From contig JANLPS010000511.1 of the NCBI GenBank assembly GCA_031367385.1, positions 1 to 38,987 on the forward strand: a stretch of DNA of 38,987 nucleotides. The letters run 5' to 3'. Position 1 is the stretch's first letter; every line of letters begins with the position of its first letter. The DNA comes from Archangium sp. (lineage in GTDB: Bacteria; Myxococcota; Myxococcia; Myxococcales; Myxococcaceae). Positions 1-7,510 of the stretch are shown piece by piece. The notes below the pieces were generated by a model, which was not told where the DNA came from, searched no databases, and was given only the letters and a program-made list of their open reading frames with translations. Made by a program: the position numbers and the translations under genes.

Positions 1-2
1 CT

Positions 3-311
3 GATCAGCTGCTGCTGGTCGCGACCCAAGAGGCCGGAGAGCGGGCCAAGGTGTGGCGCTGCGAATGTGGCACCCGCTACGCCGTACCGACCTCGTTGAT
101 GCGGCCGGTGTCGATTCAGTGCGAGCGCTGTGCCCGTACGATTGAGCTCGACCCGACGCGCAGCGATGGCGAGTCGCTGTTGATCGACCCGATTCAAGCC
201 GACATCAACGCGGCCCGTGAATCGCTGTCGGTGTTCTTTCGCGAGGCGATGGCGCGCGGGTGGCCGGTGTTGGTGACGCGCGCTGCCGATGCCAGCGGAG
301 CCAAGCCGTAA
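3..311 (+). CDS. 5'-truncated hypothetical protein with a Zn-ribbon-like motif (CxC...CxxC)
   Basis: The frame of ORF 51..311 stays open back to the window edge (DQLLLVATQEAGERAKVWRCECG). It contains CECG and CERC. The stop lies 3 nt before the next ATG. Confidence 0.7.
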   Translation, partial: DQLLLVATQEAGERAKVWRCECGTRYAVPTSLMRPVSIQCERCARTIELDPTRSDGESLLIDPIQADINAARESLSVFFREAMARGWPVLVTRAADASGAKP

Positions 312-314
312 GCA

Positions 315-1112
315 ATGCGGAGGTCGACGCTCGAGAGCTTGCGATGCCCGAAGTGTCTCGCGGGCAGCTTGGTACCCGAAGCCGATGTGGCTGAGCCCGC
401 GCTCATCTTCGGGCCGGTGCGCTGCCTGGGGTGCTCGAGCCGCTACCCGGTCAACGAAGGGTTGATCGACTTCGGCACCGAGAAGACCAAGAATTCTCCT
501 CTGCAGCAGGCGCTCGAGCTGCCCTGGGTCGCCCGCTCGTGGGACCGGTATTTTCGGCCGGCGCTCGATTCGGTGCTCTCACGCAGCCTGGTCGATCGCG
601 AGAGTGAGTACCACGCCACGCGCACCATGTTGGGCCGGGCACATGGCACGCTGGTCGACCTCGGCTGCGGCTCGGGGGCCTTTCTTCAGCGGCTGGCCAG
701 AGACTTTCCCGATGCGCGGGTGGTCGGGGCCGACATGTCGCGGCCGATGATCGAAGAGGCGATTGCCTTGGCGCGAGAAAACGCGATCGGCGCCGATTTC
801 GTGCGAGCCCAAGTGCCGCCGTTGCCGTTTTTGAATCACTCGGTGTCGAGCATCGTCGCGACCGGAGTGGTGCACTACCTCGAGGAGATCGACACCCTCT
901 TCGCCGAGGTCGCGCGCACCCTCAAGCCACAGGGGCGGCTGGTGGCGAGCACGTATGTCGCTCCGCTCGATGTCGCGCCGATTCGAATGGGCATCGGGTT
1001 GTTCGCGCGCACCGAGCAGCAGCTCGAAGAGGCCATCTCACGCGCCGGGCTGATTCGCTTCGAGCGGGTGCACGCCGGGCCGTTTCTCGTGTGGAAGTGC
1101 GAAGTACCGTGA
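315..1112 (+). CDS. Class I SAM-dependent methyltransferase with an N-terminal Trm112-like Zn-ribbon
   Basis: LRCPKC...VRCLGC..YPVNEG N-terminus, motif I VDLGCGSG, VVGADMSRPM, LPF and LKPQGRL motifs. Confidence 0.88.
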   Translation: MRRSTLESLRCPKCLAGSLVPEADVAEPALIFGPVRCLGCSSRYPVNEGLIDFGTEKTKNSPLQQALELPWVARSWDRYFRPALDSVLSRSLVDRESEYHATRTMLGRAHGTLVDLGCGSGAFLQRLARDFPDARVVGADMSRPMIEEAIALARENAIGADFVRAQVPPLPFLNHSVSSIVATGVVHYLEEIDTLFAEVARTLKPQGRLVASTYVAPLDVAPIRMGIGLFARTEQQLEEAISRAGLIRFERVHAGPFLVWKCEVP

Positions 1113-1119
1113 TCGGGGG

Positions 1120-2670
1120 CTACCGGCCGTCACCGAAAGCCATTTGCAGGCCCAGCGTGGTGTTGAGAAAGTGCGTGCCCGAATTCAGAGCGACCGAGTC
1201 GCGCACCGACAGCACTCCGCCCACATCGAAGCCGAGCTCGCCGGGGTTGAGAAATACCCAGCTGATCGACCCGCCGAACATCACCGCGGGGGCCACAGAC
1301 CCATGGCGCGACAGATCGACCATGCCCACCAGCGCCGGGCCTGCGACCACGGTCACCGAGAGGCTCGACGCGGTGGAGTGAAAGAGCTCCGGGTTCCACG
1401 CCAGGGCGGTATCGACCGACCACCCGGGCACCAAGACCGAGGTCGGCAGCACTCCGAAGTCGCGAATCAGCTGATCGGCAAAGGAGGTCTGGCGCAGCAC
1501 AGAATAGGTGCCGTGCAGAATCTGCCAACCGAAATGCCGCGAGGGCAGCCAGGTGATCGCCGCGTTGAGCGTCAGGCCTTGCACGTAGGGGTTGATTGGA
1601 GCCAGGCCCACCGAGACGTCGCCCATGAAGCGGCGCTGGGTCGCGTGGGTGACGCCTTTGCTCGGCATCACCGGCGACCCGACCAGCAGCAGCGCGCTCT
1701 CGTCGACGCGGGTCGCTTCTCCTGCCTTCACCATCACTTCGCGAGAGTGCACTACCCCGTCGTCGATGCGCCGCACCAGGTACGGCCCGGGGGGCAACGC
1801 CAGGCGCAAGATCTGCTCGCCGGGCAGCCCCTCGACCACGGTGAGGCCGGTCGACAGCTGCACCACCTCGAGCGGCCCCGCGGTCTGCGAGACGAGCAGC
1901 TGGGTGCTCTCGCCGCCGATGGTGGTGAGCACCACGTCTTGCCGGCCGCGCAACCGCAGGTCGAAGCTCGGGTGCTGGGTCATCGCCGAGCGGGTCGCGG
2001 TGTCGCGCACGGTGAAGCGATTGGCGTAGGCGAAGGCCTCTGAGAGCGTCACCTGCCCGTCGCCACTGGCATCGGCGGCGCCTCGCAGCCCGGCGATGAG
2101 GTGGTGGGTGAAGAAGCTACCGCTCAAGGCGTCGGTCTCGTGCGCGTCTTCGATGCCGGAGCTCGAGGCGAGCAGTGCCGTGCCCTCGCTCGACAACCCG
2201 TTGAGCCCCACGGTGAAGGGCGCCGTCGGTGAGAGGCCCTTGGCCTGGGTCCACGAGCCTCCGCGGCAGGCGTCGATGATGCCGATTCGCATGCTCACGG
2301 CTTCGTCACTCAGCTGGGCGCGCAGCACGTCGAGCGCGAGTCGCTGGCCCCCTGGGTAGAGGGCGTTTTCGTCGGCGTGACCCGAATAGTAAAAGAGCAA
2401 CATGTCTTGCCCGGAGTGCTCGGTAATCTGCCCGCGGGCCTCTTTCATCGCGGCCAATACCTGCGCTGGCTGGGGGTCGAGCAGCACATGCACGTCACCC
2501 GTGGCGAAGCCTCCGCTGTGAATGAGCACCTCGGCCAGGTCTTCGGCGTCGTGGTGCGCGAACCGCAGGGCCGCCCGGCCCTCGACCGCGCTGTTCGAGC
2601 CAACCACCACGGCGACTCGGTGTGGCGCTGCAGTCGAGAGAACGGTCAGACAGAGGGTGAGTGCGAGCAT
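1120..2670 (-). CDS. Secreted caspase-family (peptidase C14) protein with a C-terminal outer-membrane beta-barrel-like domain
   Basis: Start moved to ATG 2670 (AAGGAG SD, TGATG overlap with upstream stop, signal peptide MLALTLCLTVLSTAA). Motifs LRFAHHDA, FYYSGHAD (His), IIDACRGG (Cys), GSFFTHHL, DASGDGQVTLSEAF and QHP are present. The C-terminal ~175 aa are amphipathic beta strands. Confidence 0.88.
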   Translation of the reverse strand: MLALTLCLTVLSTAAPHRVAVVVGSNSAVEGRAALRFAHHDAEDLAEVLIHSGGFATGDVHVLLDPQPAQVLAAMKEARGQITEHSGQDMLLFYYSGHADENALYPGGQRLALDVLRAQLSDEAVSMRIGIIDACRGGSWTQAKGLSPTAPFTVGLNGLSSEGTALLASSSGIEDAHETDALSGSFFTHHLIAGLRGAADASGDGQVTLSEAFAYANRFTVRDTATRSAMTQHPSFDLRLRGRQDVVLTTIGGESTQLLVSQTAGPLEVVQLSTGLTVVEGLPGEQILRLALPPGPYLVRRIDDGVVHSREVMVKAGEATRVDESALLLVGSPVMPSKGVTHATQRRFMGDVSVGLAPINPYVQGLTLNAAITWLPSRHFGWQILHGTYSVLRQTSFADQLIRDFGVLPTSVLVPGWSVDTALAWNPELFHSTASSLSVTVVAGPALVGMVDLSRHGSVAPAVMFGGSISWVFLNPGELGFDVGGVLSVRDSVALNSGTHFLNTTLGLQMAFGDGR

Positions 2671-3290
2671 CAGGGCGTCTCCTTGGGCTGCTTGTGCAAA
2701 CTGAAACGGCTGCACCACTGGTCGGCACCAACGCTCTCGCATCGCAACGAGTCGGTGGGTTGCCACGGTTGGCGGGTCAACAGCACCGCGAGATCTTCGC
2801 TCTCACCCTGTGCATCGAGTGCCCAGGCCGGCGTCAGCGTCGGCTGACTCACCAAGGCTTCGTAGAGCACGTGCGGCGAAGGCTTCAATTCGACCACGGT
2901 CAGGTGCGTGAAGCCGGCAGGGGCGACCTCGAAGCGCACGGCTTCTCCGACGCGAACCGGTTCACCGGCCCAGGCGCGCACTTTGGCATCGCCGCGCTTG
3001 ACCCAGAGCTGTACGGCGGGGGCTCCGCCCTTGGCGGTGATCGTCTCGATGATGGCGGCTGGCTTCGAGCGCGAAACAATCAGCAGCATCGCCGCGGCCA
3101 TCGTCAGACCGCCGATGACGTAGCGGGTGATGGCAGGCCGTCGCCGCCCGATTGACAGCGGGACGGGAGGGACTTGCCGCAGCGCTTCGAGGTGTGCAGC
3201 GCAGTGCTCGCACGACTTCACGTGCTCAGCGATTTCAGGGCTCGGTGCCAGCGCGTGCGAATCGAGCGCGAGAAATGACGGGTGGCTCAT
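2670..3290 (-). CDS. Zinc-binding (zf-HC2/ZAS) membrane anti-sigma factor with an extracytoplasmic DUF4384-like domain
   Basis: HVKSCEHC (HxxxCxxC), TM segment YVIGGLTMAAAMLLIV, then AKGG and VRVGEAVRFEV. It sits downstream of an ECF sigma factor. Confidence 0.8.
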   Translation of the reverse strand: MSHPSFLALDSHALAPSPEIAEHVKSCEHCAAHLEALRQVPPVPLSIGRRRPAITRYVIGGLTMAAAMLLIVSRSKPAAIIETITAKGGAPAVQLWVKRGDAKVRAWAGEPVRVGEAVRFEVAPAGFTHLTVVELKPSPHVLYEALVSQPTLTPAWALDAQGESEDLAVLLTRQPWQPTDSLRCESVGADQWCSRFSLHKQPKETP

Positions 3291-3436
3291 TGGGCGACCT
3301 CCGCCAGCGTCGACTGAGCCCCGCTCGGCCGCGGCGTTCGCACATCGCGCGCGAACACTGACCGACCTCCGCGCTCGTCGCGCTGAACCTCGAGGTTCAG
3401 ATTTCTGAACCTTGCGGGAGCCAGAGAGAGGCTCAT
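3284..3436 (-). mobile_element. 146-bp palindromic insertion (REP/MITE-like) bounded by a 7-bp direct repeat and carrying a 49-codon ORF (3436..3287)
   Basis: GGCTCAT occurs at 3284-3290 and 3430-3436. Perfect palindrome CTGAACCTCGAGGTTCAG at 3383-3400. Removing the segment restores an ATGA overlap between sigma and anti-sigma. Confidence 0.55.
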
Positions 3437-3915
3437 GACGTCAGCTCCGCACGGAGGCCGGCCACGCGCTCATCGAAGCTCGTCAGCAGCCGCCGCACCG
3501 TGCGCTCTGACATGTCGAGCAAGCGCGCAATCTCGGGCTGGGTCAGCAAGTCGATGCGGCTCAGCACCGCGGCTTCGAGCTCGTCGGGCTCAGCCACCGA
3601 CGCCAGCCTGCTCAGCACCTGCCGGCTCGCGGTGGCGCTCTCCACGTCACTCGGCGCGTGTACCTCGACCTCAATCGGCGACGCACGCTGGGCACGGCTT
3701 CGCAACCGGTCGATGCACGCCCGGGTCGCCGTCACGTACAGCCACGCCAAGACCCGATTCGAGTCACCGCGCAACACCTCGGGCGATCGCCAGCACTTGA
3801 TGAAGGTCTCTTGCGCCACGTCGTCGGCCTCCTGCGGCTCAGCCAAGACACGCCGGCACTTTTCGCGCACCGGCGGGTAGTAGCGTCGCCAAGCTTCTTG
3901 AACAGAGAGCGTCAC
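3433..3915 (-). CDS. ECF sigma-70 family RNA polymerase sigma factor
   Basis: Region 2 EADDVAQETF...AWLYVTATRACIDRLR and region 4 LTQPEIARLLDMSERTVRRLL. Confidence 0.92.
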   Translation of the reverse strand: MTLSVQEAWRRYYPPVREKCRRVLAEPQEADDVAQETFIKCWRSPEVLRGDSNRVLAWLYVTATRACIDRLRSRAQRASPIEVEVHAPSDVESATASRQVLSRLASVAEPDELEAAVLSRIDLLTQPEIARLLDMSERTVRRLLTSFDERVAGLRAELTS

Positions 3916-3927
3916 GGCGCGCCCTCG

Positions 3928-3948
3928 GACTCGTGCATCACACGAGTC
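3928..3948. promoter_or_regulatory. Perfect 8-bp inverted repeat just upstream of the ECF sigma start
   Basis: GACTCGTG-catca-CACGAGTC, 12 nt from the GTG start. Confidence 0.35.
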
Positions 3949-3990
3949 ACACGGGCGAGCGCCCCAGAAGCGGCCAAACGAAGCGAAGAA

Positions 3991-4224
3991 TTAGATGCGA
4001 ATGCCGCCGCGCGCGTCATCGGAGCGGGCGGTGTCAGGCAACTGCGTGGTCTCTGAGGCGCCCTTGAGCGACTCGAACATCACGCGTTTCACAGGCGGTT
4101 TCGGCTGCGCCTTCGAAGGCAGCGGCAACGGGGCCTGCGCCTTCTTCTCGGAGATCGCGCCAAACGCCACTGACGCGGAGAACATCGCGCCCACAGCCAC
4201 GGTCTTCAGGAGTGAAGTCTGCAT
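3991..4224 (-). CDS. Small secreted hypothetical protein (77 aa)
   Basis: ATG 4224 preceded by AGGAG. Signal peptide MQTSLLKTVAVGAMFSASVAFG followed by a Pro/Lys-rich mature part. Confidence 0.65.
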   Translation of the reverse strand: MQTSLLKTVAVGAMFSASVAFGAISEKKAQAPLPLPSKAQPKPPVKRVMFESLKGASETTQLPDTARSDDARGGIRI

Positions 4225-4279
4225 GGCCGGCTCTCCTACTCCACCCCACAACCGCTTGCCAAGTGGTTCCAGGCACACC

Positions 4280-5872
4280 ATGGTGCGCGCCTTCGTGCGC
4301 CGCCTCCCAAAGCTCGAGCACCTTGCGTGGTTTCTGGCCTTAATCTGCGGGGTTGCACCGCTGTGGGCCTCGCACGCGCTCCCGATGGTCGACCTGCCGC
4401 AGCACCTGCACTTGATCTCGGTGCTCCACCGGCTCGGCGACGCGAGCACCCTCTTCCCCGAGGTGTTTGCCCGGCGCCCCGTGCTCACGCCGTACCTCGG
4501 CTACTACTACGCGGTCTCGGGTCTGAACTGGCTGATGCCGCTCGAGCTGGCGAACACGGTGTTTCTCTCGCTGTACGTCGCCGGCCTGCCGCTCTCGTTG
4601 GCGTTTCTGTTGCGGAGCCTCCGGCGGCCGCGCTGGCCTGCGTTGCTGGCGATACCGTTCGCGTACGGCGACAGCTTCGGCTGGGGCTTCGTGAACTACT
4701 GCAGCGCGTTGCCGCTGGCATTTCTGACCTGCGGTCTCTTCGTGCGAGCGATTGAAGATGTGCCGCGGCGTCGAAGCTGGGCGATCGGGCTCGGCTTTTC
4801 ATTGGTGGCGGTGCTGCTCTTTCACGTGCAGGTCTTCGCCTGGCTCGGCGTGGCGCTGCCGATGCTGCTGCTGACGACTCCGGCACCCGAGGGGCCCAAA
4901 GCCTGGCGCGCGCGGGTGCCGGCCGTGCTCGGGGTGCTGCCGGGAGTGGTGCTGTTCATTCTCTGGGTGGGCCTGCGGGTGGGCGAGCCGGCGGAGATCG
5001 CTCCCGGGCAACCGTGGAAGTCGTGGGGCCCGATGCTCTCGCCCCAGAACCTCTCGTGGAAGTCGTTCGATCAAAACCGGGCCGAGTTCTTCCCGACGTT
5101 GTCGAGCCTGTTGCCCGACGGCAGCGATGCCCGAGCGGTGAACGTGGCGTTTGGGCTGGCCGCACTGGCCCTGGTGCTCGGCGTCGGGCTGGCGCTCATC
5201 AAGCGCGCTGACAACGACGTCGAGCGGGTGGGCCCGATCGCCCGTTTTCGCATGGTGGGCTTGGCGGCGTTGGCGCTGCTGCTCTACTTCGCCCTGCCCT
5301 TCGATATTCGCGGGTACATGTACTACCTCAACACCCGGTACGCGCATCTCGCCGCGGCCCTGCTGGTGTGCTGCGTGCCGGTCTTCTCGTCGTATTGGAG
5401 CAAACGCCTGGTCTGGTTCGGCGTGCTGGTCGCGATTCTCACTGCGCTGCCATTGAGCCGGGCGTTTCGGCTCTTCGATGAAGAAGAGAAGTCGCTCGAG
5501 GCGCTGGCGGCCTCAGCAGGCCCGAAGCCCCGCGTGATGGGCCTGGTGTACGCGACGGGGTCGAGGGCGGTGACCCACCCGGCGTTTCTGCATGCCTCGA
5601 CCGTGATCGCCCGGCTGGCGGGAGGCTTGACCAACTTCAGCTTCGCGCTGACTCCCCACTCACCGCTGATGTACAAAGGCGAGCCGCCGCCGACCTTCGC
5701 GAGCGAGTGGCGCCCCGATCAGATGCAGTGGGAGACGCAGGGCAAGTACTACGATCACTTCGTACTTCGCGGAGTGCACCCGCGGCAGGTCTTCGGCCCA
5801 TTGCTCGATTCACAGCTCGACATCGCCGCGCAATCGGGCGACTGGTTTCTGGTCAAGAAACGACACCCCTAA
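4280..5872 (+). CDS. Polytopic membrane protein, possibly a GT-C fold glycosyltransferase-like enzyme
   Basis: About 11-13 hydrophobic segments, a PMVDLPQH motif in the first loop, and a soluble C-terminal domain. Start moved to ATG 4280. Confidence 0.75.
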   Translation: MVRAFVRRLPKLEHLAWFLALICGVAPLWASHALPMVDLPQHLHLISVLHRLGDASTLFPEVFARRPVLTPYLGYYYAVSGLNWLMPLELANTVFLSLYVAGLPLSLAFLLRSLRRPRWPALLAIPFAYGDSFGWGFVNYCSALPLAFLTCGLFVRAIEDVPRRRSWAIGLGFSLVAVLLFHVQVFAWLGVALPMLLLTTPAPEGPKAWRARVPAVLGVLPGVVLFILWVGLRVGEPAEIAPGQPWKSWGPMLSPQNLSWKSFDQNRAEFFPTLSSLLPDGSDARAVNVAFGLAALALVLGVGLALIKRADNDVERVGPIARFRMVGLAALALLLYFALPFDIRGYMYYLNTRYAHLAAALLVCCVPVFSSYWSKRLVWFGVLVAILTALPLSRAFRLFDEEEKSLEALAASAGPKPRVMGLVYATGSRAVTHPAFLHASTVIARLAGGLTNFSFALTPHSPLMYKGEPPPTFASEWRPDQMQWETQGKYYDHFVLRGVHPRQVFGPLLDSQLDIAAQSGDWFLVKKRHP

Positions 5873-5898
5873 AGCCGGCAAAGTGCCTAGAACCGGGC

Positions 5899-6873
5899 AT
5901 GGCCGACCCGCTGTCGATGTCTGCGTCGTACGTCGAGACCCTCACCGAAAAACAAGCCGCCGAGGTGATGGCGGCCTGGGTGCATGCCAAGCGCATCGAG
6001 CTGCCAGAATCGCTCGCGGCCTCGAAGTCGAAGGTGCACGCGAGGTTGGCGAAGAAGGCGCTGTACCAGTTGCGCTCGGGAGGCGTGGCGGTTTCGCAGC
6101 CTGCTCCGATCGCGCCAGAGCCAGCGGTCGAGACGCCGCCGGTGAACGATTTTCCCGCGGTGATGACGAGCTTGATCGGTAACGGCGAGCGCGGCCTGCT
6201 CTTCGGCCGCCCGATTCGCGGCGGCGGGTGCGAGATCTACGAAGCGGTCATTCAAGACGAGCAAGGCATCATGTCGATGCAGCATGGAGAGGCTCCGCGA
6301 GGGCTCTACCGCGAGCGCATGAAGGTGCTGCGCAAGGGGCCGAACCCGGTGCTGTTCGTCACCTTCGATCGCATTCGTGAAGAGCTCGGCCGGGCCGCGT
6401 CGCGCAATTCGCTGGCGCAGGTGCCGTTGAGCCTCGAGGCGCAGGCGGTGCTGGCAAAGCTTGGCGTCGTGCCTTCCGACTCCCCGTTGGGCATCGACGC
6501 GCCGCACGATGATGACCCGGGGTTGGCTGCACAAGCCGGCGGCCTTCACGATGAGCCTGAGATCGTCTCGTGGTTGCCGCCCGACACCGATTTGCAGGCG
6601 ATGGCGGCGAAGCTCGAGGGCGAGACCACCGCGACCCCTGAACAGAAGCGTGAGGTCGCGCGGCAGCTCAGTGCAGGCTTCGCGACGACTTCGATTCGGG
6701 CGCTGTACGCGAACCGGCTGTGGCGAATGGCCGAGTTCTTCGACGGCACGGGGCGGCTCGCCCAGGCCCAGACCGCGCGAGCCGAGGCACGGCGGTTGTT
6801 GCACTCGAGCCAAACGTCTCGGTTTCTCGAGCGGCTGTTCACCAAAGTGCCCGACGCCGCAGCTCCGGGGTGA
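5899..6873 (+). CDS. Hypothetical cytoplasmic protein
   Basis: Long ORF with host-like GC3 bias, starting at ATG 5899 just after the upstream stop. No recognised domain. Confidence 0.75.
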   Translation: MADPLSMSASYVETLTEKQAAEVMAAWVHAKRIELPESLAASKSKVHARLAKKALYQLRSGGVAVSQPAPIAPEPAVETPPVNDFPAVMTSLIGNGERGLLFGRPIRGGGCEIYEAVIQDEQGIMSMQHGEAPRGLYRERMKVLRKGPNPVLFVTFDRIREELGRAASRNSLAQVPLSLEAQAVLAKLGVVPSDSPLGIDAPHDDDPGLAAQAGGLHDEPEIVSWLPPDTDLQAMAAKLEGETTATPEQKREVARQLSAGFATTSIRALYANRLWRMAEFFDGTGRLAQAQTARAEARRLLHSSQTSRFLERLFTKVPDAAAPG

Positions 6874-6964
6874 CCCTTCGGCCGCCCCGCCGGCCCTTCG
6901 AAGCGCTCAAAAAGCCGCGTAACCCCTCGGTGTGGCACCGCGTAGCCATCGGGTGATTCGACTC

Positions 6965-7441
6965 ATGATGGCGGCGGCGCTGTGCATCGGGTGCGGCTCG
7001 GGTTCGCTGACACCTGTCGACCCGGGCGATGGCGCACCCGATGGCGGCCTCGAGGGGCTCCCCACCAGCCTGGCCGCTCTGCAACGGTTCGTTCGTGCGG
7101 GCGCCTACGCGGGGTGGTCAGCCGAGCCCCGGCCTCACCAGTCGGCCGGGCCTCACGGCGGCTTGGTTCGCACCTTCGTGAACCCGCTGTTGCGCGAGTC
7201 GCTCGCGGCCCACGCCACCGCTCACCCACCGGGGAGCATCGTGGTCAAAGAGCTGTTCTCGGGCGACCAGATCAGGGGCTACGCCATCGATGTGAAGCGG
7301 GCCGACGGCGAATGGGTCTTTCTCGAGGGGTTCTTGCCCTCGCTCGACCAGTATTTCTTCACCGGCACTTCGAACCTGTGCGGCAATTGCCACCGGGCTG
7401 GCGTCGACTTCGTGCTCACACCCTCGGGCTCGTTCGAATAG
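6965..7441 (+). CDS. Cytochrome P460-family lipoprotein
   Basis: Lipobox-like LCIGC, then PH...VRTFVN, PPGSIVVKEL, and a C-terminal CGNCH heme motif followed by DFV. The start could be GTG 6953. Confidence 0.78.
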   Translation: MMAAALCIGCGSGSLTPVDPGDGAPDGGLEGLPTSLAALQRFVRAGAYAGWSAEPRPHQSAGPHGGLVRTFVNPLLRESLAAHATAHPPGSIVVKELFSGDQIRGYAIDVKRADGEWVFLEGFLPSLDQYFFTGTSNLCGNCHRAGVDFVLTPSGSFE

Positions 7442-7510
7442 GCGGCACCTCCATTCGAGAACGTCGTCAGATGATCGCGGGTGGAGTGCGGCCCAGCTAC
7501 ACTCCGCGCG

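Noticed and set aside
2671..2766. N-terminal extensions in the ORF track (also 3995..4279, 5707..5898, 13616..13672)
   Set aside because: Most overlap neighbouring genes, and the downstream starts have better SD, coupling or signal-peptide support.
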